Assembly: GCA_963701075.1 (NCBI GenBank)
Contig: OY969559.1
Span: 1,024,001-1,088,000, forward strand
DNA from: an uncultured Nitrososphaerota archaeon
GTDB lineage: Archaea > Thermoproteota > Nitrososphaeria > Nitrososphaerales > Nitrosopumilaceae
DNA length: 64,000 nucleotides
Direction of reading: 5' to 3'
Shown: piece by piece, positions 40,204-49,542 of the stretch
Position numbering within the stretch: position 1 is the first letter of the stretch
How the letters are laid out: every line of letters starts with the position of its first letter
The notes under the pieces: model-generated
What the model saw: only the letters and a program-made list of their open reading frames with translations
Database searches by the model: none
Told to the model about the DNA's origin: nothing
Made by a program: the position numbers and the translations under genes

Positions 40204-42091
40204 ATGACACTGCGACTTCTTTTCGATGAAATTCGATCTAACGTACAAAAAATCTCAAATGATCTAGGCTATCCACTGGTAGAGTTTGATGTATCAGAGG
40301 CATCCAAACCGGAATTTGGGGATGTAAGCTGTAATATTGGATTTCTGCTGGCAAAACCACTCAAAAAAAGGCCATCGGAAATCGCAGAGATTATTGCAAA
40401 TGAATACCAAAAGCACGAATGTGTATTCGTATCAAAAGTAACCGTCCATGCATCAGGATATCTTAACTTTGTTGCAAACCATTCCGCTTTCATTAAATCC
40501 GTTATGCAATCGTCAGTAAGACAAGACTATGGAAAGTTTGATCTTGGAAAGAATTCAAAGATTGTAGTAGAGCATACGAGTGTTAACCCAAACAAGGCAT
40601 TGCATATTGGGCACGTGAGAAACATCGTAATTGGAGATACAATGGCAAGAATTCTACACAAAGCCTGTTATGATGTCAGGATTTTAAACTATGTAGACGA
40701 TTCTGGGCTTCAGGTGGCAGATATTGTCGTTGGCTTCAAGTACGGCGGTTTTGATAGCGAGCCGTCACAGAACCAGAAATTCGATCATTATTGTGGTGAT
40801 GTCGTATATGTGAGCATCACTGAAAGATATGAAAAAGAACCGCTTCTTGCAGAAAAAAGAACTATGGTACTCAAAGAACTTGAAGAGGGAAACTCTGAGA
40901 TTGCAAAATTTGGTGATAAGATAACTCGAAGAGTTCTTGAAGAACAACTCAAGACTTGTTGGCGACTTGGAGTAACATACGACTGTCTAAATTTTGAATC
41001 GCAGATAATTCGCTCTAGGTTATGGAATATAGTTCTTGAGAAAATGAAATCCATGGGACTGATATATCTTGAAAACGAAGGAAAGAATGCTGGTTGCTGG
41101 GTAATAAAATCTGATTCAGAAACAGAAGAAGATAAGATTTTGATTAGAAGTAACGGTATTGCTACGTATATTGCAAAAGATATTCCATATGCTACGTGGA
41201 AGCTGAGGGATCTTGGAAGATCCTTTCTACTATAAACAATACACTGTACAGAAAAATGACAGAATACTTTGGGAGACCACTCTGGAAAATACCAAAACAA
41301 AACTGAATTTCACTGGCGATACTGTAATCACAGTTATTGATTCAAGACAATCAAGACTGCAAAAAATTATTACAAAAATAATAGATGATTTCAAATCAGA
41401 GGGAAAATCATATGTGCATCTTGGCTATGAGTCTGTTACTTTGAGTTCAGACACTGCAAAAAATCTTAATCTTGAAACTGAAGGCAAGTCTGTCCAGATG
41501 TCAGGCAGAAAGGGAATCTATGTTAACGCTGATTCTGTTTTGGACATACTTGGTAAAAAAACGTATGATGAAGTAAAGAAACGAAATCCAGAACTTGATG
41601 ATGCTCTTCTTATAAAAATTGCAGAACAGGTTGCGGTTGGTGCTCTACGATATGCCATGATAAAACAAGATCTTGATAAAATAATTACCTTTGATATGAC
41701 CGAATCGCTGAGTCTTGAAGGGGATACGGGGCCATACATACAGTATGCATACGCAAGATCTGTGAGAATTCTTGAAAAATCTGGCAAAACGCCTGCATTT
41801 GACGTCTCTTTTGATGATCTGAATACCTCCTACGAGAGAAACCTGGTAAAAATAATTGGCAAATTTGACATACAGGTAGAAGACTCTGCAAAGAACCTGT
41901 CTCCTAAGCTAATTGCCAGGTACTGTTATGAACTTGCAGTATCTTTCAATTCATTTTATGAACACGTCAAAGTATTGACTGCCGAATCTCCTGAAATGAT
42001 AAACGCAAGGCTTTGTCTTGTATGGTCGTTCAAAGAAACTCTAGTCAAGGCACTTTCTTTGCTGGGTATTGATGCTCCGCATAGGATGTAA
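40204..42091 (+). CDS. argS: Arginine--tRNA ligase, split by a +1 frameshift at ~41205
   Basis: EHTSVNPNKALHIGH, MSGRKG, GDTGPYIQYAYAR, C-terminal RM; deleting one base gives WKLGILEDPF (628 aa). Confidence 0.95.
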
Positions 42092-42144
42092 TTCTGACCA
42101 TGAAATTTGGAAATACTATTATCCATATGGAATAAGGTCTAGTT

Positions 42145-43027
42145 GTGAAGAAAATAAAACAGAATAGCAACGTGTTGTTCTTCTATGATGATTCAAAGAA
42201 GTGGCTGATGAAAGTATCGCGGAAACAACAATTTCATACTCATGTTGGAATTATTGATCATAAAAAAGTAATAGGTAAAGAATATGGAAGTGCAATCAAG
42301 ACCAATAAAGGAAAGATAATCTATCTTTTAGAGCCCACCGTATATGACTATGTTATGAAAAGCCAGCGCAGTACTCAGATAGTTTATCCAAAAGATCTAG
42401 GTTACATTGCTGCACGAACAGGATTACAAAGTGGGCAAACAATTGTTGAAATTGGAACTGGGAGTGGTTCACTAACTACTTTTCTTGCCAGTATAGTAAA
42501 ACCGCGTGGTCATGTGTATACATATGATGTAGATGAAAACTTTATGGCAATAGCAAAGAAAAACATCGAAAAAGCCGGAATCTCAAAACATGTTACAATG
42601 GAAAAGTTAGATATCAAAAACATCAAGAAAGTACCACAAACAGATGTAGATATGGTTGTAGTGGACTTGGGGGATCCATGGACTGTAGTTCCACAAGCAA
42701 GAAAGATGCTCAAAGGCAGTGGATATTTTGTAGCAATATGCCCAACAATGAATCAACTTGAGAAACTTGCATCCGCATTGCGGGAAAATGACTTTTTTGA
42801 TTTAGAGTTTACTGAACAGATTGTGCGAACAATAGAAGCTGAGGGAAGGTAAGACACGACATTCTTTCCGAGGTATTGGGCACACTACATATGTCGCATT
42901 TGCTCGGAAAGTTACTACTCCAAAAGATCTTAGAAGAGCAATACCGCGTATAGAAGCTAAAGATGTACCTGATGAAGAGTCTGTGGAAGAATCTGAAGAC
43001 GAAGGTTTATCCGGTGTCAAAAAATAG
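42145..43027 (+). CDS. trmI: tRNA (adenine-N1)-methyltransferase, +1 frameshift at 42841
   Basis: TQIVYPKD, EIGTGSG, DLGDPW, PTMNQ; corrected C-terminus IEAREGKTRHSFRGIGHTTY (293 aa). Confidence 0.92.
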
Positions 43028-43032
43028 GACAT

Positions 43033-43896
43033 TTGTTGGCCAAAATTCTGCAGGCTACTGTTGTCAAAAATTTTATTCCTCCAAGAAAATCTTTGTCAAG
43101 AAAGGGAGAAAACGGAAAAGTGTTAGTTGTTGGAGGAAGTTATCTGTATCACGGCGCTCCAATTCTCTCATCACTGGCAGCACTCCGGGCAGGGACTGAT
43201 CTAGTTTACACATGTGTACCTAAAACACATGTGACATCCACAAGAGCATATTCACCAAATCTTATTGTAATTCCACTGGTTGACGTCAAGCTTACAAGAG
43301 GTGCAGCTAGAAAATTGGTTGGAATAATTCCAAAGGAACTTGATTCTGCAACTATCGGCATGGGACTTGGAATCCAAGATCGGGAGGCATTAAAGATGCT
43401 GGTAAAAGATCTACTTGACAGAGCAGTTATGTTATCTCTTGACGCAAGCGCCCTCATACCTGAAATTCTTCCTGAAATTAAAGACAAAAAAGTTGTAGTC
43501 ACTCCTCATGCTGGCGAATTCAAAAGATTGTTTGGGGAGATTCCTCCGGATAACGTAAAGCAGAGGACCGCAATGGTGCAAAAACATGCAAAAGACAATG
43601 GCATAACCGTGCTGCTCAAGGGACCAACTGACATTGTTTCAGACGGGGCACAAACGTTCCTTAATCCAAAGAACTTGGCATCAATGACTGTGGGTGGTAC
43701 AGGGGATGTTCTCTCTGGAGTAGTAGCTGCAATGCTATCGAAGAATCGAAAACCTGTAGAGGCAGCATCTGGCGCTGTGTTCATAAATGGAAAAGCAGGT
43801 GCACTGGCACAAAAGAAAAATGGTTTTCACATTGTGGCAACAGACATCTTGGATTTTATTCCAGTAGCAATGAAATCATTTGATAGAGTAAAGTGA
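43033..43896 (+). CDS. nnrD: ADP-dependent NAD(P)H-hydrate dehydratase
   Basis: KGENGKVLVVGGS, TPHAGEF, LKGPTD, GGTGDVLSG. Confidence 0.93.
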   Translation: MLAKILQATVVKNFIPPRKSLSRKGENGKVLVVGGSYLYHGAPILSSLAALRAGTDLVYTCVPKTHVTSTRAYSPNLIVIPLVDVKLTRGAARKLVGIIPKELDSATIGMGLGIQDREALKMLVKDLLDRAVMLSLDASALIPEILPEIKDKKVVVTPHAGEFKRLFGEIPPDNVKQRTAMVQKHAKDNGITVLLKGPTDIVSDGAQTFLNPKNLASMTVGGTGDVLSGVVAAMLSKNRKPVEAASGAVFINGKAGALAQKKNGFHIVATDILDFIPVAMKSFDRVK

Positions 43897-43902
43897 TTTT
43901 GC

Positions 43903-45249
43903 ATGCAGGAACAATATATAGACAAAAACATGCCGGCATTAATTTCTGACTTGCAGAAATTAATTCAACAACCAAGTATATCTGCAAAAAACCTTGGATT
44001 GGAAGAATGTGCAAGACTAGTGGTTGGAATAATGGGCCACTCTGGAATCAAGGCAGAAATACTAAGGCTAGGTAAAAACGTCCCGCCTGTAGTCTATGGG
44101 GAAGTCAGGTCAAAGAAAAACCCCCACAAAACACTCCTGTTTTACAATCATTACGATGTTCAACCCGAAGAACCTCTTGAATTGTGGAATGATGCGCCGT
44201 TTAGCGGTAAGATACGAGGAAACAAAATCTATGGTCGTGGCTCGGCTGATGATAAGGGAGAACTAATCACCCGAATCAAAGCAGTTGAGGCATTTATCAA
44301 AACAACAGGTGATGTACCATGTAACATAAAATTTCTAGTTGAAGGCGAAGAAGAAATTGGCAGCATGCATGTTGAAGAATATCTGAAAAGATACCAAAAG
44401 AAGCTGTCATGTGATGGCATAATCTGGGAATTTGGATATGTTGATGAAAAGGACAGACCTGTAATCAGCCTTGGCATGAAAGGTTTGCTGTATGTTGAGC
44501 TCTCTGTACAGGAATCCATTCGTGACGCTCATTCTAGCCTGGCAGTCTTAATTGAAAATCCGGCTTGGAGATTGATCGGAGCGCTAAAAACACTACGTGA
44601 TAAAAATGGATTAATTCTCATTAAAGATTGGTATAGAGAAGTTGATAATTTTACAAAAGAGGAACTTGGTGTAATTGCCAGAGAACCATTTGATGAAAAA
44701 TCGTTCAAAAAAGAATATGGTATAAAGAGATTTGTGGGAAATAGAAAAGGAATAGACATACGAAAGGCAGTGGTAGGTGATCCTACTTGTAACATAGCAG
44801 GATTTTCATCTGGATGGGAAGGACCTGGAGCAAAAACAGTTTTACCATCAAAGGCGCTAGTAAAAATTGATTTTAGACTTGTTCCAAAAATGGATCCTCT
44901 GAGGCAACTATCTAGACTAAAGCGACATCTCAAAGACAAAGGATTCGGGGATGTCAAAATACAAATGATTCATGGGGAAGCAGCTTCTAGAACTACAATA
45001 TCTGATCCATTTGTAAAGTTAGTAAAGAAGGCAGCAGACGAATCTTTTGGAACGTCAATAATAAGCGTCTCCTCTGCTGGGACAGGACCAATGCATTCGT
45101 TTTCCAAAGTGCTCAAGGCCCCATGCATTTCAATTGGGAGTACGTATGTCTATGCAAGGATCCACTCACCTAATGAATTTGCAAGAATTGACCTGCTAAA
45201 AAAGACAACAAAATGCATGTGTAAAATAATAAAAAAATTCAATGCCTAG
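43903..45249 (+). CDS. M20 family metallo-dipeptidase/deacylase
   Basis: HYDVQP, GRGSADDKG, EGEEEIGS, HSPNE. Confidence 0.93.
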   Translation: MQEQYIDKNMPALISDLQKLIQQPSISAKNLGLEECARLVVGIMGHSGIKAEILRLGKNVPPVVYGEVRSKKNPHKTLLFYNHYDVQPEEPLELWNDAPFSGKIRGNKIYGRGSADDKGELITRIKAVEAFIKTTGDVPCNIKFLVEGEEEIGSMHVEEYLKRYQKKLSCDGIIWEFGYVDEKDRPVISLGMKGLLYVELSVQESIRDAHSSLAVLIENPAWRLIGALKTLRDKNGLILIKDWYREVDNFTKEELGVIAREPFDEKSFKKEYGIKRFVGNRKGIDIRKAVVGDPTCNIAGFSSGWEGPGAKTVLPSKALVKIDFRLVPKMDPLRQLSRLKRHLKDKGFGDVKIQMIHGEAASRTTISDPFVKLVKKAADESFGTSIISVSSAGTGPMHSFSKVLKAPCISIGSTYVYARIHSPNEFARIDLLKKTTKCMCKIIKKFNA

Positions 45250-45375
45250 CGGGGAAAATCTTGGGCAGGCGATTTTTTGCATGTAGGCTAAGTGTCTGAT
45301 CTTGACGGCAAGAAGAATTCGGATCACAAGCGATTTAGAGAAAGGCCTTTATTGTGCTCATTTGGCAGTTCAATT

Positions 45376-45969
45376 ATGGCCTTTATGTACATGCCAGGCG
45401 CCACGGCAGTTGGAATAACCTATGATGGAGGTATAGTACTAGCAAGCGAGAGAAGGATATCTTATGGAAATTTTGTAGTAAGTAAAAACACAAAGAAGAC
45501 TTTTAAAATAACAGATTTTGTAGGCGCATGCTGTGCAGGAATGGTAGCAGATATGCAAGTTTTGGCAATGCAGATGCGTGCACTGACAAAGATTAGAAAA
45601 TTGGAACTCAAAAGGGAGATTCCGCCAAATTCTGTAGCTAAAATGATGTCATCTCTCATGTATGAAAGGAGATTCTATCCTTTGCTCACTCAGGTAATTG
45701 TCGGTGGTGTTAATGGTGACGCTGCAATTTACACACTTGACCCGTTAGGTTCTGTTCTTCCAGATGATTATGCAGCTGTAGGTACAGGTGCAGAGATGGC
45801 ACTGGGAGTATTAGATCAGGAGTTCAAAAAAGGAATGAAGGAAAAGGACGCAGTAACACTTGCAGTAAAATCAATCAAATCTGCTATAATGCGAGATGCG
45901 GCAAGCGGAGATGGTATTGATGTGCTTGTTATTGACAAGACTGGGGCAAGAGAGTCCACCGAAAACTAG
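45376..45969 (+). CDS. psmB: Proteasome beta-type subunit
   Basis: PGATAVGI, AGMVADMQ, RDAASGDG; ATG at 45376. Confidence 0.93.
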   Translation: MAFMYMPGATAVGITYDGGIVLASERRISYGNFVVSKNTKKTFKITDFVGACCAGMVADMQVLAMQMRALTKIRKLELKREIPPNSVAKMMSSLMYERRFYPLLTQVIVGGVNGDAAIYTLDPLGSVLPDDYAAVGTGAEMALGVLDQEFKKGMKEKDAVTLAVKSIKSAIMRDAASGDGIDVLVIDKTGARESTEN

Positions 45970-46446
45970 TTACTTTTTTATCGTTTTTGCAGATTCCCAA
46001 TATTTGTCTGAAATATAATGTAAATTCTTGACTACCTCTCCTTTTGTGATGTTGGGCATTTCATCGCTGGGTATGAGGGATTTTCCTATTGCAAGAAATT
46101 TGTTATGGGTTTCCTCTGCAACACATATGATTTGATCCTTTTGAAAATCAGTATATTTTTTGATTCCTGGGCGCATGATATTTGCCCCGTTGCACACGAA
46201 CTTTATTGCTCCTGCATCTACCATGATTTTTGGAAATTTTTCAAGCAAGGAAGTTTCGGAAAGAAATGGAAGATATGTTTCACCAATTTTAACTGCCATG
46301 AAACTATCGCCTGTGATTATAGACGTTTCATCATCAATCTCATATTTCACTAATGTCTTTAGTTTTGGTAACTCTATTTTCCACTGGGATGCAATTGCTT
46401 CAAGAATATCATTGCTGTCACTTTTAGATAGTGGATGTGATTTCAA
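45970..46446 (-). CDS. PUA-domain RNA-binding protein (MCT-1/Tma20-like)
   Basis: VDAGAIKFVCNGANIMRPGI, NLHYISD. Confidence 0.9.
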   Translation of the reverse strand: MKSHPLSKSDSNDILEAIASQWKIELPKLKTLVKYEIDDETSIITGDSFMAVKIGETYLPFLSETSLLEKFPKIMVDAGAIKFVCNGANIMRPGIKKYTDFQKDQIICVAEETHNKFLAIGKSLIPSDEMPNITKGEVVKNLHYISDKYWESAKTIKK

Positions 46447-47462
46447 ACTCTAGACATTTCCTGTTTTATATCAAGCAAATCACGCAATATGGAACTTGCA
46501 GTCTCCATGCCGCCGGCACCGCGTCCAATTATGGTCTGTTGACCAGAATGTTCTGAATTAAAGGTAATTGCATTTAATGTCCCGTTGACACAAAGCGGGT
46601 CTTCTACTGATATTTCTCTTGGAGCTACCTCTAGATCTTTATTGCATGATGCGATTAGTTTGACTGCGGCACGATTAGCAGATGCTTTCTTAATATCAGA
46701 AGTTGATACGTCTCTAATCCCAATTCTCTTGATATCCTTGATGGTTACTTTCATGTCCATTATCCAGTTTGCAAGTATTACAAGCTTGGCTGCTGCATCA
46801 AAACCATCGATATCCAACGACTCATCGGCCTCAACATATCCTTTTTTCTTTGCATCTGCAAGTGCTGTCTTAAACGTCATACCGCCCGCCATGTTTGTAA
46901 GAATATAATTTGTTGTACCGTTTAGGATGCCTTGAAAAGAAACTATTCTTTCTCCTCTGAGGCTATTTTTTGCATAATCTAGTATTGGAGTGCCCCCGCC
47001 CACAGTTCCACTAAATCTTAATTGTACCTGATTGTATGTGGCTAACTCTATCAATGACGGAAACGCAAGTGCCAGAGGACCCTTATTTACTGTGATAACA
47101 TGAAGACCTTTTTTCATTGCAGTCACTATATGTGACATGCCAGGCTCTGCATCCTTGTAGTTACTTGGTGTGGTCTCAATTAAAACTTCAGCCTCCATAC
47201 CATTTATCATGTCTAGTCCGTTTGCTTCTTTTTCCTTGTTGTGATACTTTCGTATGTTTCCGTATTTTTTCTTGACTTCTAGCAATCTGTTTAGATCAAT
47301 ACCTGCAGAAGAAGCAGCAGAACCTTTACTATCGAACACGCCAACAATTCTAGGCTTGAGTCCATGTTTTGCGTAAAGATCCTCAGATCTTGAAAGAAGA
47401 AGCTTTGCAAAACTTTGTCCTACCACACCAAAGCCACACAGTATTATGCGCAACATCCACAA
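46443..47462 (-). CDS. hom: Homoserine dehydrogenase
   Basis: GFGVVG, NKGPL, GILNGTTNYIL, DAAAKL, GRGAGG. Confidence 0.95.
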   Translation of the reverse strand: MWMLRIILCGFGVVGQSFAKLLLSRSEDLYAKHGLKPRIVGVFDSKGSAASSAGIDLNRLLEVKKKYGNIRKYHNKEKEANGLDMINGMEAEVLIETTPSNYKDAEPGMSHIVTAMKKGLHVITVNKGPLALAFPSLIELATYNQVQLRFSGTVGGGTPILDYAKNSLRGERIVSFQGILNGTTNYILTNMAGGMTFKTALADAKKKGYVEADESLDIDGFDAAAKLVILANWIMDMKVTIKDIKRIGIRDVSTSDIKKASANRAAVKLIASCNKDLEVAPREISVEDPLCVNGTLNAITFNSEHSGQQTIIGRGAGGMETASSILRDLLDIKQEMSRV

Positions 47463-47536
47463 GACGCATGTTGGGATTAATTAAGATTCATGAATTCCGA
47501 GATTCCTTTATTAAAGCTTGAAAAACTTCGGATATA

Positions 47537-48196
47537 GTGAAATCTAAAAAATATGCTTACGTCGGAATTGCAGCAGCGGCTAGCATTGCAGCTGTAGTTG
47601 TATTTTTCACTCAATTCAATATGGCACCCACAGAACCAAGTGCACCAACTGGACTTTCGGCATATACTTTGGATTTTACCTATGCAGAAGTGAATTCAGA
47701 CTTGAAAAATATTCTAATAAGTCAGAACATAAACATGTCAAAACCTGTGAAGTTTAGCACTCAATCTGACATTAATCAATACTGCAATTTTCTCACTAAT
47801 CAGACAAGACAAGCCATGATTGAATATTGCACTTCCACAGAAATAAAGGACGAACATGGTAATTTCCTTGGAAATCTTGACATGATAGGATCTCCACTCA
47901 CTCCTGTGATGGTGATTGCAGCAGCACAATCTGATCCTATGTTTGGTAACTATAACGATGTAAAAATTCTATTTGGAGATGTTGTTAATGAAACAATCTG
48001 TCAGTGTTGGGCAACGGAAACACCAGGTAACTATACTACATTGTCAGGCATGATGGACGCGCTCCGCGATTTTCATGTGAAAGGAAAAGAACCTGATAGC
48101 ACTACTCACGGTGTACCATTAAACGACAAACACTTTGAAATAGAATTAACTACAACCAGTCAAGGCTATTTGTGGAAATTACTTGTGGCCAAGTAA
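47537..48196 (+). CDS. Exported/membrane-anchored hypothetical protein
   Basis: N-terminal signal/TM and four Cys. Confidence 0.75.
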   Translation: MKSKKYAYVGIAAAASIAAVVVFFTQFNMAPTEPSAPTGLSAYTLDFTYAEVNSDLKNILISQNINMSKPVKFSTQSDINQYCNFLTNQTRQAMIEYCTSTEIKDEHGNFLGNLDMIGSPLTPVMVIAAAQSDPMFGNYNDVKILFGDVVNETICQCWATETPGNYTTLSGMMDALRDFHVKGKEPDSTTHGVPLNDKHFEIELTTTSQGYLWKLLVAK

Positions 48197-48256
48197 TTAC
48201 TCTATACTCAGGTCCATTAAGCTTGACGCGCTCACTTAATCCATGGAAATTTCAAT

Positions 48257-49036
48257 TTGGTGTTAGCATTGCTTGAATATCTATGGCTAATACCACTTGG
48301 TTTTGCTGCTGGTATCATAGGATCGATGATTGGCCTTGGGGGTGGATTTGTTATTGTACCCGCATTGACTTTTGCTGGGTTTTCGCCTACTCTTGCAGCA
48401 AGTGATAGCCTCTTTGCCGCCTTTTGTAATGCAGTAGCATCTACACTATCTTATGCTAGGCAAAAACGGATTGTGTATTCCCTAGGGATAAAACTGGCGT
48501 TGTTTTCCATTCCGGGAACAGTGCTTGGAGCGTATATCTCAGATGAAATATCTGCTTCTGCATTCAAGATACTATTTGGCATAGTACTGGTTGCTTCTAG
48601 TGTCTATATTTACTCTAGAAGAAAGATGGAGCCTAAAGAATACCATCTTTCAAAACAGATCATGATGCTTGCAATAGGTGCTAGCTTTTTTGCAGGTATA
48701 ATCTCAAGCCTATTTGGAATTGGGGGAGGTACTGTCTTTATTCCTCTCATGGTTGTAGCAATAGGATTATCCATGAAACTAGCTGCCCCTACATCGCAAT
48801 TCATATTGATGTTTGCAGCCGCATCTGGAATGATTGTCCATTCTCTATTGGGTCATCCTGATTATGCTCAGGCTGGTTTGTTGTCAATAGGCGCATTTGC
48901 TGGAGGAATTGTGGGAAGTAAAATGTCGTCAAGAGTAGACGAAAGAAAACTCAAGATATTTGTCACACTGGTGCTTGCTATCACGTCAATCAAGCTCTTC
49001 ATGGACGCTTTTAACACTCCGGTTAAAACACACTGA
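48257..49036 (+). CDS. TauE/SafE sulfite-exporter family permease
   Basis: Twin GLGGG / GIGGG motifs, ~8 TM. Confidence 0.9.
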   Translation: MVLALLEYLWLIPLGFAAGIIGSMIGLGGGFVIVPALTFAGFSPTLAASDSLFAAFCNAVASTLSYARQKRIVYSLGIKLALFSIPGTVLGAYISDEISASAFKILFGIVLVASSVYIYSRRKMEPKEYHLSKQIMMLAIGASFFAGIISSLFGIGGGTVFIPLMVVAIGLSMKLAAPTSQFILMFAAASGMIVHSLLGHPDYAQAGLLSIGAFAGGIVGSKMSSRVDERKLKIFVTLVLAITSIKLFMDAFNTPVKTH

Positions 49037-49074
49037 TGGTAGCATGGGGAAATAAATGCTGAAATAGTTTTCAG

Positions 49075-49542
49075 TTATTTTCTGGTCGGAGGTTCCTTTC
49101 TAATTTGGTAAAGATTTCTTTTAGATAAAAGAACAATCTCCCCGTTGTCTTTTGTCCCTTCAAAATCAATTGATATTAGACCAAACTCATCATTAAGATC
49201 GCGCTTGTCCGATATCTTGAATTTGATTTTTAATTTTTCATCTGTGTTGACAGGCTTGAGAAATCTAGTTTGTCTGTTGTTCCAAGCTGGATCTCCATCT
49301 ATGCCATAGAAAATCAAAAGGTTGCCATACATTTCTTCAAGCCTTGTAAATTCCCCTTCTATTCTTGCTAGTATGGCTCTACCTGAAACCATTTTACCGC
49401 GTTGGTGTGAAAGTTCTCCCTTTTCATAAATTATGTTCTTTATTCCTGAAAAGGAAAGATATCTGTCAAGATCATCTGAAGAAATCTTACACTCTGAAAA
49501 AAACTCGTCTCCAATTTTAAGCTCGGAGAACTTTTTCATCAA
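49075..49542 (-). CDS. MaoC-like hot-dog fold protein
   Basis: KFSELKIGDEF, RFLKPVNTDE; start overlaps the stop of the upstream SDR. Confidence 0.78.
   Translation of the reverse strand: MMKKFSELKIGDEFFSECKISSDDLDRYLSFSGIKNIIYEKGELSHQRGKMVSGRAILARIEGEFTRLEEMYGNLLIFYGIDGDPAWNNRQTRFLKPVNTDEKLKIKFKISDKRDLNDEFGLISIDFEGTKDNGEIVLLSKRNLYQIRKEPPTRK

Noticed and set aside
40204-43027. argS and trmI as true pseudogenes or programmed frameshifts
   Set aside because: argS is essential, there are no slippery heptamers at the breaks, and the shared AGCT context points to a sequencing artefact
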